DNA of 64,000 nt, from IMG/VR virus record IMGVR_UViG_3300042090_002485, positions 123,863-187,862 of that record. One strand, given 5' to 3'. Under the pieces are notes generated by a model. It saw only the letters and a list, made by a program, of their open reading frames with translations, had not been told where the DNA came from and did no database searches. The stretch is from a virus. Positions 52,841-60,799 of this stretch are shown here, in pieces (positions within the stretch are counted from its first letter, which is position 1; each line of letters opens with the position of its first letter). The position numbers and the translations under genes were made by a program.

Positions 52841-53218
52841 GTGACCGAAGAAGCCCGAGAAGCCCAAGACACCAAGCCCGAAGCGCCGGCACCACCACCG
52901 TCGGCTGTCTGGAACGACCAGGACATCGCCACGTTCCAAGAAGAGATGTACCAGGAGTTCGTCGTGCGCATGAAGGTCGTCATCGACGAGATGATGGCGC
53001 GCTGCGACGGTGACGGCGGCAAGGCGTTCTTGCTGCTCGGCGTGCTGCACGCTGTTCACGCCACCGAGGTCGGGCGCATCGAGAAGACGCTCGAGGACGC
53101 GTCGTCCAGCAACGGCATCCCGCTGCCCGACCTCGTCAAGGAGCGCCGCACGCGCATGGCGAAGGGACGTGGCTACGTCGCGGCTGCGGCCGCTTCGGTT
53201 GCTGCGAGGCGCCCGTGA
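52841..53218 (+). CDS. hypothetical protein, paralog of 51957-52535
   Basis: AGGAG SD; E.MYQEF...VLHAVHATEVGRIEKTLE. Confidence 0.7.
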   Translation: MTEEAREAQDTKPEAPAPPPSAVWNDQDIATFQEEMYQEFVVRMKVVIDEMMARCDGDGGKAFLLLGVLHAVHATEVGRIEKTLEDASSSNGIPLPDLVKERRTRMAKGRGYVAAAAASVAARRP

Positions 53219-53242
53219 CCCCAGCGAAGAAGGGAGCGAAGC

Positions 53243-53812
53243 ATGCGTAAGAAGGACGAGCTGGCTCGTGAGCACACGTGCATGTCGCACGCGCATCCCA
53301 GCGAGATGGTGTTCGTGCTGCTCGGGCGCGACGCCGCCGCGCCGCACGCCATCAACGCGTGGGCCGCCGAGCGGCTACGCTTGGGCAAGAACGCGCTGCA
53401 AGACCCGCAGATCCAAGAAGCGCTCGCGTGCGCACGCACGATGACGGAAGAGGGGCGGAAGTGGGTCGACGCGCCGATCGTCGAAGAGGTCATCGAGAAT
53501 CCGCTGACCGTCATCATGCGCCAGCGCGAGATGATCGATGGCCTCGTGCGCCGTGCCAACGCCGCCGAGACCCGCGCCGACGCCCTCGCCGCATCGAACA
53601 AGACCTTGTCCCAGCGTGTCGACTGGGCCGATCGACTGCGTGACGACCGTGCACTGCTCGAACGTCACCTGAAGAACCTGCTCGCGCGCGTGCATCGCGA
53701 TGGCGGGCACTACACCGAGCGGTATGGCTTGCAGAAGGCCGTCGACGACGCTGATGAGGTTGTGGCGCAGTTGTTGTTGTTGCGGGACACGGCCTCGGCG
53801 CGCGGCGAATGA
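53243..53812 (+). CDS. conserved phage hypothetical protein
   Basis: E.VFVLLGRD.AAP.AI..WA..R...GKN...D..I.EA..CA..M domain plus coiled coil. Confidence 0.75.
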   Translation: MRKKDELAREHTCMSHAHPSEMVFVLLGRDAAAPHAINAWAAERLRLGKNALQDPQIQEALACARTMTEEGRKWVDAPIVEEVIENPLTVIMRQREMIDGLVRRANAAETRADALAASNKTLSQRVDWADRLRDDRALLERHLKNLLARVHRDGGHYTERYGLQKAVDDADEVVAQLLLLRDTASARGE

Positions 53813-53874
53813 GCGAGCGTCGCTACGTCGACAGCCTCAACGCGCGGCTCGTGCGCTACAGCCCGGCTTGAACC

Positions 53875-54129
53875 ATGCGCACATACAAGGACGACCGCGA
53901 CATCATTCACTGGGTTTGGCAGGTCGACATGACCGACGTTTGGCAGGTCGACATGATCGACGCGGTGTTATCCAAGCCGGTGCGCCGGTGGGCGCTGGCC
54001 TGCACCCGAGACGGTTCGCGTGTCCTGACGCTCGCGACCGACACTCACAACATCGACAAGCGCCACCACCGCACGGTCACGTGCGTGCTGTGCTTGGCGC
54101 TTCCACGGTCTCAACACCCGCTCGGATGA
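53875..54129 (+). CDS. TCxxC-family small Zn-finger-like protein
   Basis: DDRDIIH...AC...VTCVLCLA; internal 2x24-bp duplication 53914-53961. Confidence 0.8.
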   Translation: MRTYKDDRDIIHWVWQVDMTDVWQVDMIDAVLSKPVRRWALACTRDGSRVLTLATDTHNIDKRHHRTVTCVLCLALPRSQHPLG

Positions 54130-54317
54130 CTATGGCCTACCTCGTGCGCTGCCCTAGCTGTCGCTGTCCCAAGCGCGTCGACGCTGGCGAGGTCGATCCG
54201 CGCGTCGGCTGCCCGCGAACGGCGTGTCCGAGGTGCGGCGCGCCGTACGTGACCTTGCCGCCGTTGCCGGGCGCGCTGCCGCGCCTGGGCGAGGCCCACG
54301 AAGATTGGGGGTACTGA
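54126..54317 (+). CDS. small Zn-finger protein
   Basis: CPSC...CPRCG. Confidence 0.6.
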   Translation: MTMAYLVRCPSCRCPKRVDAGEVDPRVGCPRTACPRCGAPYVTLPPLPGALPRLGEAHEDWGY

Positions 54318-54577
54318 TGAGAGACCCGCTTGCTGCCGAGGCCTGGCGCGAAGAAACCCTCGACGACGTCTGCTTCGTGTTCGAGGACCTGCGCGCGCAC
54401 CGCGTGACGCGGTTCACGCGTTACAGCGGCCCATGGATGTTCTTGCAGACGCCGTGTGGTTACGCATCGCAGACGTACGACAACATCACGGGCCTTGCCA
54501 AATCATTCGCGCTGCGCCCAGGCATCGTCACGTGTGTCGAGTGTCTCGCGATGGAGGTGCATGATGTTCAAGACTGA
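54317..54577 (+). CDS. TCxxC-family small Zn-finger-like protein
   Basis: DLRAH...PCG...VTCVECLA. Confidence 0.8.
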   Translation: MRDPLAAEAWREETLDDVCFVFEDLRAHRVTRFTRYSGPWMFLQTPCGYASQTYDNITGLAKSFALRPGIVTCVECLAMEVHDVQD

Positions 54578-54857
54578 CCCACGCGACTTCGGTCCCGGCT
54601 ACACGCACTACACGTTCAACAGCCCTAAGGTCGAACGCATACAAGACAGCGCTGGCGTTGTGCACCACGTTCACGCATACACAGCTAACACGTATCCGTG
54701 GGCATCCGAGACCTACTGCATCCAGCTCTGGGGCGACCTCGAGCCCGTGTTCATCCGCGACCCGGACGCGCGGGTGACGTGCGTCGAGTGCATCGCCGCG
54801 GCCGTGGCCTTGGATGCGATGTGGACGCTGAATGTCAAATGGAAGGTGTCGTTTTGA
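54564..54857 (+). CDS. TCxxC-family small Zn-finger-like protein
   Basis: DSAGVVH...YC...VTCVECIA. Confidence 0.8.
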   Translation: MFKTDPRDFGPGYTHYTFNSPKVERIQDSAGVVHHVHAYTANTYPWASETYCIQLWGDLEPVFIRDPDARVTCVECIAAAVALDAMWTLNVKWKVSF

Positions 54858-55087
54858 CGGCGGTCACCGTGAGCGGTTGGGTTTCGCGGGGCGAGGTGCA
54901 GTTCAAGAACGTGCCGGGCATAACGCACGCCAGTTACGTTGATGGGTTCGCGGGTGACGCGATTCGTGATCGCGAGCGCTTCGTCCCGTGCGCGAACGGC
55001 TGGTATGCGGCACGTTGGTGGAAGGACGCGTCCGCGCCGGTGACATGCGTGTGGTGCCTGGCGTGGCAGGTCGCTATTGGGTGTTGA
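54854..55087 (+). CDS. TCxxC-family small Zn-finger-like protein
   Basis: PGITH...PC...VTCVWCLA; TTGA overlap. Confidence 0.75.
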   Translation: MTAVTVSGWVSRGEVQFKNVPGITHASYVDGFAGDAIRDRERFVPCANGWYAARWWKDASAPVTCVWCLAWQVAIGC

Positions 55088-55279
55088 TCGACGTCTACGC
55101 CGTGCAGCGCTGGGAATACAGCATGACGGCGAAGGCGCTCTCTTTGGTGGATGACCTCACCCATCGCGCGCTCGAGACCGTTTTTCGTGCGGACGCGAGG
55201 CGGACGACGATGCGTTTGTTGAAGACGACTATTGACCGCCCACTTGACTCCGGGAGGACGTGCATGGCACACCTTGCAC

Positions 55280-55576
55280 ATGGCGAAGAAGAGGAAGAAC
55301 GGGCACACCGCGAAGTCGACCAACGGGACGCGTCGCTCCCCCTACCCGTACGACGCGTTCGTGAAGAACTGGACCAAGGCCGAATCGGTCAAGGAGGTCG
55401 CGACGATGACGGGCCTCTCCAAGAGCAACATCGCTGCGACGGTGAACAAGCTCCGCAAGGCCGGCGTCAAGCTCAAGGAGATGCCGAAGAGCTACGCGCG
55501 TCTGATCGACGTCACGTCGTTGAACAAGCTGATCAAGGAGTCGACGACGAAGCCGGCGCCCAAGGCGCAGTCCTAG
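55280..55576 (+). CDS. basic HTH DNA-binding protein
   Basis: SVKEVATMTGLSKSNIAATVNKLRKAGVKL; strongly adapted codons. Confidence 0.75.
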   Translation: MAKKRKNGHTAKSTNGTRRSPYPYDAFVKNWTKAESVKEVATMTGLSKSNIAATVNKLRKAGVKLKEMPKSYARLIDVTSLNKLIKESTTKPAPKAQS

Positions 55577-55746
55577 ACCAAGACCTCGTTCGCGACGAGT
55601 ACGGCGTCGTTCACGTCGAGGACGGGTTCTGGCGCGTGTTGATGTGCGACATCAACTGCCCGACCGGTGAGATGGCGATCTTGCCGTCGTCGAAGATTCC
55701 GACGTGTGTTGCTTGCATCGGAGGCCGTTATGTCCGCTACCGGTGA
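55577..55746 (+). pseudogene. TCxxC-family module lacking a nearby start codon
   Basis: RDEYGVVH...MC...PTCVACI, no in-frame ATG/GTG close upstream. Confidence 0.55.
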
Positions 55747-56248
55747 GCCCAAGCTGCGCGCGTTCATCGTCACCGCGGCCGACGAACCACCCGAAGAAGG
55801 CGCTGCGCTGGTCTACGCGCTGTCGCCACAGGAGGCACGCCGGCTCGGTTGTCATGAGGTCGGCATCGGCGGCGTCGCCTACATCGACTCGCGTGCGCGA
55901 CGCGCCAAGGAGCACGACGCGCGTGCGGCGCTGGCCAAGGAGGCGTGCGTCGAGCACGACGCCGAGTACCTGCGCAAGGCCGGCTGGGGCAACGAAGACG
56001 AGTTGCGCTGCGGCTCGTGTGGGCTGTGCGCGATGGGCCTCGAGAAGTACGCCGTGTGCCGGATGTCGGGGCAGTGCAAGGAGTGCGGCTGCGACTTCGA
56101 GCGCAAGTGCGGCGCTACGGGCGTCGATGCTGAGGGCCACTGCAAGCGCTGTGGGCTGACGCTCGAGCCCGACACCGAGTGCCCGCTTGGCTTCCTCACA
56201 GACGTCGACCCGAAGTGCGAGCACGACGACGGGTTCAGTTGTGAGTGA
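55730..56248 (+). CDS. Cys-rich hypothetical protein
   Basis: CGSC, CKEC, CKRC motifs. Confidence 0.7.
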   Translation: MSATGEPKLRAFIVTAADEPPEEGAALVYALSPQEARRLGCHEVGIGGVAYIDSRARRAKEHDARAALAKEACVEHDAEYLRKAGWGNEDELRCGSCGLCAMGLEKYAVCRMSGQCKECGCDFERKCGATGVDAEGHCKRCGLTLEPDTECPLGFLTDVDPKCEHDDGFSCE

Positions 56249-56474
56249 CGGGCGCGGGTACCGGCGCGCGCTCAATGACCTCGCGATCTCGCGCGAGCTA
56301 CGCGCGTTCGTCGTCGACGATGCTTGTGTCGTGCACGGTGTCGTGATGGACGGACACTGGTCGCTCAAGGCGTGTACGCGCGAGGCGATCGCGCTCAACG
56401 AGCGCATGATGGGCCTGCCACGCAACCTGACCATCACCTGCGTGGCGTGTCGTGCTTGGTTGGACGGACCGTGA
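56241..56474 (+). CDS. TCxxC-family small Zn-finger-like protein
   Basis: DDACVVH...AC...ITCVAC. Confidence 0.8.
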   Translation: MSDGRGYRRALNDLAISRELRAFVVDDACVVHGVVMDGHWSLKACTREAIALNERMMGLPRNLTITCVACRAWLDGP

Positions 56475-56710
56475 CGAAGCCGCGGTTCTTCCCGGCACCG
56501 AGAGGCCGCATTCCACTGCTCACCGGGCGTGTCGTTGACCCTGTTGGGGTCGTTCACGCGAGTGTGGGAGCGGACGTCGCGTACACCTGGGTTAAGAGCA
56601 TCATCAGATGCACGGGCCAGCCTGCGGTGCTGGCGGGGTTCTACGTCGAGCGCATCCGTGCGGTGACGTGCGTGAGGTGCTTGGCGCTCGACGCCGGAGG
56701 TTCAACGTGA
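56471..56710 (+). CDS. TCxxC-family small Zn-finger-like protein
   Basis: DPVGVVH...RC...VTCVRCLA. Confidence 0.8.
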   Translation: MTKPRFFPAPRGRIPLLTGRVVDPVGVVHASVGADVAYTWVKSIIRCTGQPAVLAGFYVERIRAVTCVRCLALDAGGST

Positions 56711-57012
56711 AGCAACGTACGACGGTTCCATGGCAACAGAAGCGCGTCTCGTCGCAGCTCATGACCTTGCTCGACGCAACTGCCGAAGAACTGCGAAAGC
56801 TACTGCCTCCGACCAGTGGCACCGTACGTGACCGGCACGGCGTCGTTCACCAGGTCATCGGCGACATGACCTGCTGCGACCTCGAGTGGTGCCGGGTCAC
56901 ACGGAGTGGCCTGCCGCAAACTCGCACGGGCTGGTCTGCGACGGGCCCCGAGGCCATCCGGCCCGTGACCTGCGCGGCGTGTCTTGCCGACTTCGCGTCG
57001 CGAGGAGATTAG
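56707..57012 (+). CDS. TCxxC-family small Zn-finger-like protein
   Basis: DRHGVVH...TCC...VTCAACLA. Confidence 0.8.
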   Translation: MKQRTTVPWQQKRVSSQLMTLLDATAEELRKLLPPTSGTVRDRHGVVHQVIGDMTCCDLEWCRVTRSGLPQTRTGWSATGPEAIRPVTCAACLADFASRGD

Positions 57013-57016
57013 GAGC

Positions 57017-57286
57017 GTGGGATGGACCGCCACACAATTCACCGACAGCTTTCGCCGGATCGCCGCCCAGACGCCGCGTGGCTTCGTCTGGCGCGACGAA
57101 CACGAGGTCACGCACGCGCTCGTGTCGTGGAACACCAAGTCCGAGCACAGTCGCTGGGTGTTGCTCTGCACGTTCGACTACTTAGCGGTTACGCGCCGCT
57201 ATTTGCCCGCGCACGCGAGCATGCGCGGCTCCGTAGTTACGTGTGCGGCGTGCCTTGGCTCTCCGTACTCCCCGATGGTCCTATGA
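57017..57286 (+). CDS. TCxxC-family small Zn-finger-like protein
   Basis: WRDEHEVTH...LC...VTCAACL. Confidence 0.8.
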   Translation: MGWTATQFTDSFRRIAAQTPRGFVWRDEHEVTHALVSWNTKSEHSRWVLLCTFDYLAVTRRYLPAHASMRGSVVTCAACLGSPYSPMVL

Positions 57287-57684
57287 AGACCACAACCACC
57301 AACAACTTGCTGGCCGAGATGCGGCGGCTCGGCGTTCCGACCACGCAGCCGCCGCGTGACGCGCGCTGGGTGTTCTGGGCGCGGCGTGACCAGCTCGCGC
57401 ACCGCGTGCTCGCGGTGGCGGGTACCCAGTGGCTCACCCGACAAGGTCGCCAGGTCCCGCACTTCGCCGTGACCGAGTGCGGGCGCTACGCCGTGCTGGC
57501 GGAATCGGCGCTCGGCGGGGCCTACCTGGCCGACGACGCGTTGGTAACGTGCGCGCCGTGCGCGTCCGGGCTGTGCCGAAACGGCTTGCTTGTGCGTGTG
57601 GAAGACAAGCAACTGCTGTTCGGCACGTTGTACGGTAAGCCCCCTCTATACGGAACGCTGTTCCCTAGAAAGAAGGTCCCATGA
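57283..57684 (+). CDS. TCxxC-family protein with extensions
   Basis: RDQLAH...ECG...VTCAPCA. Confidence 0.75.
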   Translation: MKTTTTNNLLAEMRRLGVPTTQPPRDARWVFWARRDQLAHRVLAVAGTQWLTRQGRQVPHFAVTECGRYAVLAESALGGAYLADDALVTCAPCASGLCRNGLLVRVEDKQLLFGTLYGKPPLYGTLFPRKKVP

Positions 57685-57977
57685 CGTTCCAGATCCTGAA
57701 CACTGAGCACAAGAAGAAGACCGACGTTCCGGACGGCGTGTTCTCGCGGGTCGACCGCAAGACCGCCACGATGGGTATCAAGCAGTACCACTGGTTCACC
57801 AAAACTGGTGATGGCGTCATCCATCGCATTTGCTGCTCGAGCCATGGAGGCGTGCAGGCGATGATCCTGTTGTGCGACGAGCTGGCGTTCATCGACGGCA
57901 AGCAGGTGTCGCAGTCGGAGGTCGGCAAGGGACCGGTCGTGACCTGCGCGACTTGCGTAGGCACTAACGCGCCGTGA
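57681..57977 (+). CDS. TCxxC-family small Zn-finger-like protein
   Basis: GDGVIH...LC...VTCATCV. Confidence 0.8.
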   Translation: MTFQILNTEHKKKTDVPDGVFSRVDRKTATMGIKQYHWFTKTGDGVIHRICCSSHGGVQAMILLCDELAFIDGKQVSQSEVGKGPVVTCATCVGTNAP

Positions 57978-58537
57978 TCTGGTCGCTGTGGACGCTCGTT
58001 TTTGCTGCTGCGGTTGCTGTCGGTTGGGCCACGGCAGCGCTCATCAGTCACATCAACGAGGTTCGCGCGTCCCTGCGCAGGGATAATGCCGTCCGCGCGA
58101 CGCGTCAGTTCGAGTTGTGCGTTGAACGGTTGGACAGTCTTCGCCTGTACCATCAGCAGCGTTTGCCAGGCGGACCGAGTGCATGGCCTGCTCAACGTCC
58201 CGAAGAGAACGTATGGGACTACTACCGAACGCTGGCGCTTTTGTTTTTCCCAGATGTGGCCCTGCCCCTCTGGGCTCACTTCGAGTACACGCGAACGGTG
58301 GTCAAGAAGGAGAAGCGCATGGTGCAGCTCACGGTTCGGACGGTGCACTGGTACGCCCAGGTTGGCCATATCATGCACCGGGTCGGTAGGCTCAAACACG
58401 GCGACACCGAATCCCACGTCTTGTTGTGCGCGCCGGTGGTGTCCGTCTTGAGACAGCTTGTGGTCGAGGCTGAGGACTACATGCCAGGCCAACCGATCGT
58501 GACCTGCGTGTTGTGCCGAGTGAGCCCAGCGCCATGA
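57974..58537 (+). CDS. membrane-anchored TCxxC-family fusion protein
   Basis: N-terminal TM helix; GHIMH...LC...VTCVLC. Confidence 0.75.
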   Translation: MIWSLWTLVFAAAVAVGWATAALISHINEVRASLRRDNAVRATRQFELCVERLDSLRLYHQQRLPGGPSAWPAQRPEENVWDYYRTLALLFFPDVALPLWAHFEYTRTVVKKEKRMVQLTVRTVHWYAQVGHIMHRVGRLKHGDTESHVLLCAPVVSVLRQLVVEAEDYMPGQPIVTCVLCRVSPAP

Positions 58538-58779
58538 GGGAGCCATCCGGGATCCTGACCGTGCTGCCTTGCGAGACCCGGTGGCGAGACCCGTTCGGCG
58601 TGCGCCACGGTTTCTTCAAGTGCGTCGATCACCAAGTCGACGGCCCATCGGTGGCTTGGTACGAGACCTGGTGCGGCTACGATTTCAACGGCGGCGACCT
58701 GAATTCGCGCACCACATCACACGCCGCAGTTACTTGCGCGCGCTGCCTCGCTGTCGGCGAACCGCGAGACGTTTCGTGA
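58534..58779 (+). CDS. TCxxC-family small Zn-finger-like protein
   Basis: WRDPFGVRH...WCG...VTCARCLA. Confidence 0.8.
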   Translation: MREPSGILTVLPCETRWRDPFGVRHGFFKCVDHQVDGPSVAWYETWCGYDFNGGDLNSRTTSHAAVTCARCLAVGEPRDVS

Positions 58780-58791
58780 TAGGAAAGTGCT

Positions 58792-58962
58792 GTGAAGCCG
58801 TGGCCTACCGACCTGGTACAGATCAAGGTGCGACGCCTACCGCTGCTCAAGCGACGCCACCGCAAGCTCCAACGGCAGCAGGATGCGACGGTGTTCTTGG
58901 GCGACGACACGGCTGGCATTGCCGGCGAGGCGCTGGACGAGATCGGGTCACTGTTCGACTGA
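58792..58962 (+). CDS. small hypothetical protein
   Basis: 56 aa VKPWPTDLVQIKVRR..., AGGA upstream. Confidence 0.4.
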   Translation: MKPWPTDLVQIKVRRLPLLKRRHRKLQRQQDATVFLGDDTAGIAGEALDEIGSLFD

Positions 58963-58983
58963 CCGCTCGTCCGCTGTTGTGGG

Positions 58984-59214
58984 GTGAGGTTGGCGCCCCG
59001 TAACGAGGACCCGCAGTGGGTCGACGCGCACGGCGTCATCCACTATGTCGGTACGCACGTTCCGAACGGCGAAGGCCGAACTATCTATACGGAGTGCTAC
59101 GAAGTGATTTCCCACACCAAGGAGATGGTTGGCTTCTACGACGGCAACATCTGCGGCATCACGTCGTGCGTCCTGTGCATGGCCACGACGAAGTTCGGGA
59201 CGCATGCCCCCTGA
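58984..59214 (+). CDS. TCxxC-family small Zn-finger-like protein
   Basis: WVDAHGVIH...EC...TSCVLCMA. Confidence 0.8.
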   Translation: MRLAPRNEDPQWVDAHGVIHYVGTHVPNGEGRTIYTECYEVISHTKEMVGFYDGNICGITSCVLCMATTKFGTHAP

Positions 59215-59545
59215 CGAGCCGGTCGAGGAGTGGACGCCACGTTGGCGCGACGCGCACGGCGTCGTGCATGTCATGGGCTCGCACATGTCCATGATGGCGT
59301 TTACTGAATGCGGTGTGCGAGTCGCGCAACGCTCGCGACTGGACTTGGCCTGGACAGACCTCTACGAGGCCATCCGCGACGCGCCGACCTGCGCGCAGTG
59401 CATCCATGAAGAGGCGATGCTCCACTCGCTTCGAGGGTTTGCGTTACACGTTGAGCCCGGTATTGCCATCGTCAACACGAAGGCGCTCGCGAAGCTCGAG
59501 TTTACCAATCCGTGCGGTGAGATCTGGCTCGACGACAAGCCTTAG
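59204..59545 (+). CDS. TCxxC-family protein with C-terminal extension
   Basis: WRDAHGVVH...ECG...PTCAQCI. Confidence 0.8.
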   Translation: MPPDEPVEEWTPRWRDAHGVVHVMGSHMSMMAFTECGVRVAQRSRLDLAWTDLYEAIRDAPTCAQCIHEEAMLHSLRGFALHVEPGIAIVNTKALAKLEFTNPCGEIWLDDKP

Positions 59546-59573
59546 CGCTGCGCCGCGCTGCATTCCTTTTTTT
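59545..59573 (+). terminator. possible intrinsic terminator closing array 2
   Basis: short GC stem (AGCG..CGCT) followed by a T7 tract after the last family gene. Confidence 0.35.
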
Positions 59574-59591
59574 GGCCACTACACTTACGGT

Positions 59592-59807
59592 GTGGCGATT
59601 CGCAGGGACGACGATCTCGACGAGGTTGTTGTCGACGCGCCCGAGGACTCAGCGGCCGTCGCACGCGCGCCCACCAAGCCGTTGCGCAAAGGCAGCATCG
59701 AGGTCGAGATTGCAGGGCCCGCCGATGCCGAGGCGCTCGCGCAGTTCTTCGAGCTGCTTGCCGCCGAGTTCCGCAAGGGTCGCAAGGTCAAGATCATCAT
59801 CGAGTAG
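59592..59807 (+). CDS. small hypothetical protein
   Basis: GTG 6 nt after TACACT; 71 aa. Confidence 0.6.
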   Translation: MAIRRDDDLDEVVVDAPEDSAAVARAPTKPLRKGSIEVEIAGPADAEALAQFFELLAAEFRKGRKVKIIIE

Positions 59808-59808
59808 C

Positions 59809-60177
59809 TCAGCGACTGTCGCTGCAGAACGTGAACACGCCGTTGGTCAAGAACACGTGCATCGCGCAGTACATCCCCTCGGTGAGGTACTCAGGAAGAG
59901 CCCCCTTCGCGATCGCGTCGTCGCGGGACGTGTAGGTAGGGTGGTTGCGGATGCTCGGCGACAGCGATAGCGTCGCGAAGTCAGTGTTCGTGCGCTGCCA
60001 TACCGCGCCGTTCTTTTGCCAGCCGGCGTACGGCTTGCCGTCGAGTGCAGGCGTGAACGGGATGACGAAGAGACAGTCGGCGTGGCCCTCGGGGCAGTTG
60101 AAGCGCACGCCGGCGATGCGCCCTTCGACCGAGACCCACTTCGGTGCAAGGTCGACGAGGCGCGGGATGCGCTTCAC
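59809..60177 (-). CDS. DUF6527-like protein
   Basis: RFNCP...WQR...LSLSPSI...C.MHVFLTNG. Confidence 0.65.
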   Translation of the reverse strand: MKRIPRLVDLAPKWVSVEGRIAGVRFNCPEGHADCLFVIPFTPALDGKPYAGWQKNGAVWQRTNTDFATLSLSPSIRNHPTYTSRDDAIAKGALPEYLTEGMYCAMHVFLTNGVFTFCSDSR

Positions 60178-60782
60178 GGCAAGTCGACCTCGAGCACCCC
60201 GTTCCGCAGCCAGCCGTGCATCTTCTGGGGCTCGCCGTAACCGATCGAGGGGTTGACGGTAACCAGCGGCGGCCTGCCGGTGCGCGTCCACCCTGCGCGG
60301 TTGCCATTGCTCGACGGCCCGTCGATGGTCCAGTCGAAGAATGGCGTGCGTAGCACGAGGTAGAGGTTGTCGGGCTTGGGATGCGCGCCGTCGTGGCCCT
60401 TGAGCCATGGTGCGTCCCACATCGCGCCGGCGGGAACGTCATGCAGCGTCCACTGCCCTGCGCGCTGCGGTGAGCGGTACAGCGTGCGGACGTGGACGCG
60501 GCAGATCACGTCCGGCGGGAACACGTAGCCGCATGGGCACTTCGTCGGCCACCGCGCATCGGTGCGCTCGTCGTCATCCGCGTCGTGACCGGCGTCGTCG
60601 GGACGTTTGGCACGGACCTCGATCGGGACCTCAGCATCGTGGTAGCCCCATGTCGTTGGTTGCGCGCCCTCATAGGGCGTCACGATTCGGTTGCAAACTG
60701 GGCCTGTGGTGACGTAGCGCCGGAAAGTGACCTGCACCAGCTCGGTTGGCTCGACCCAGAAGCAGATGACCTTGGAGGGCAC
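60174..60782 (-). CDS. protein with C-terminal DUF6527-like domain
   Basis: WTRTGRPPLVTVNPSI...HGWLRNGVL. Confidence 0.7.
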   Translation of the reverse strand: MPSKVICFWVEPTELVQVTFRRYVTTGPVCNRIVTPYEGAQPTTWGYHDAEVPIEVRAKRPDDAGHDADDDERTDARWPTKCPCGYVFPPDVICRVHVRTLYRSPQRAGQWTLHDVPAGAMWDAPWLKGHDGAHPKPDNLYLVLRTPFFDWTIDGPSSNGNRAGWTRTGRPPLVTVNPSIGYGEPQKMHGWLRNGVLEVDLP

Positions 60783-60799
60783 GACCCTATAATCTTAGG
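60783..60799. promoter_or_regulatory. 17-bp bidirectional promoter-like spacer
   Basis: CCCTA-TAATCT-TAGGG inverted repeat containing TATAAT (+) and TAAGAT (-). Confidence 0.55.

Noticed and set aside
11578-59545. CRISPR array suggested by the regularly recurring gtgacgtgcgt motif
   Set aside because: The repeat is degenerate, in-frame coding and spaced ~180-300 bp apart; no cas genes or leader.
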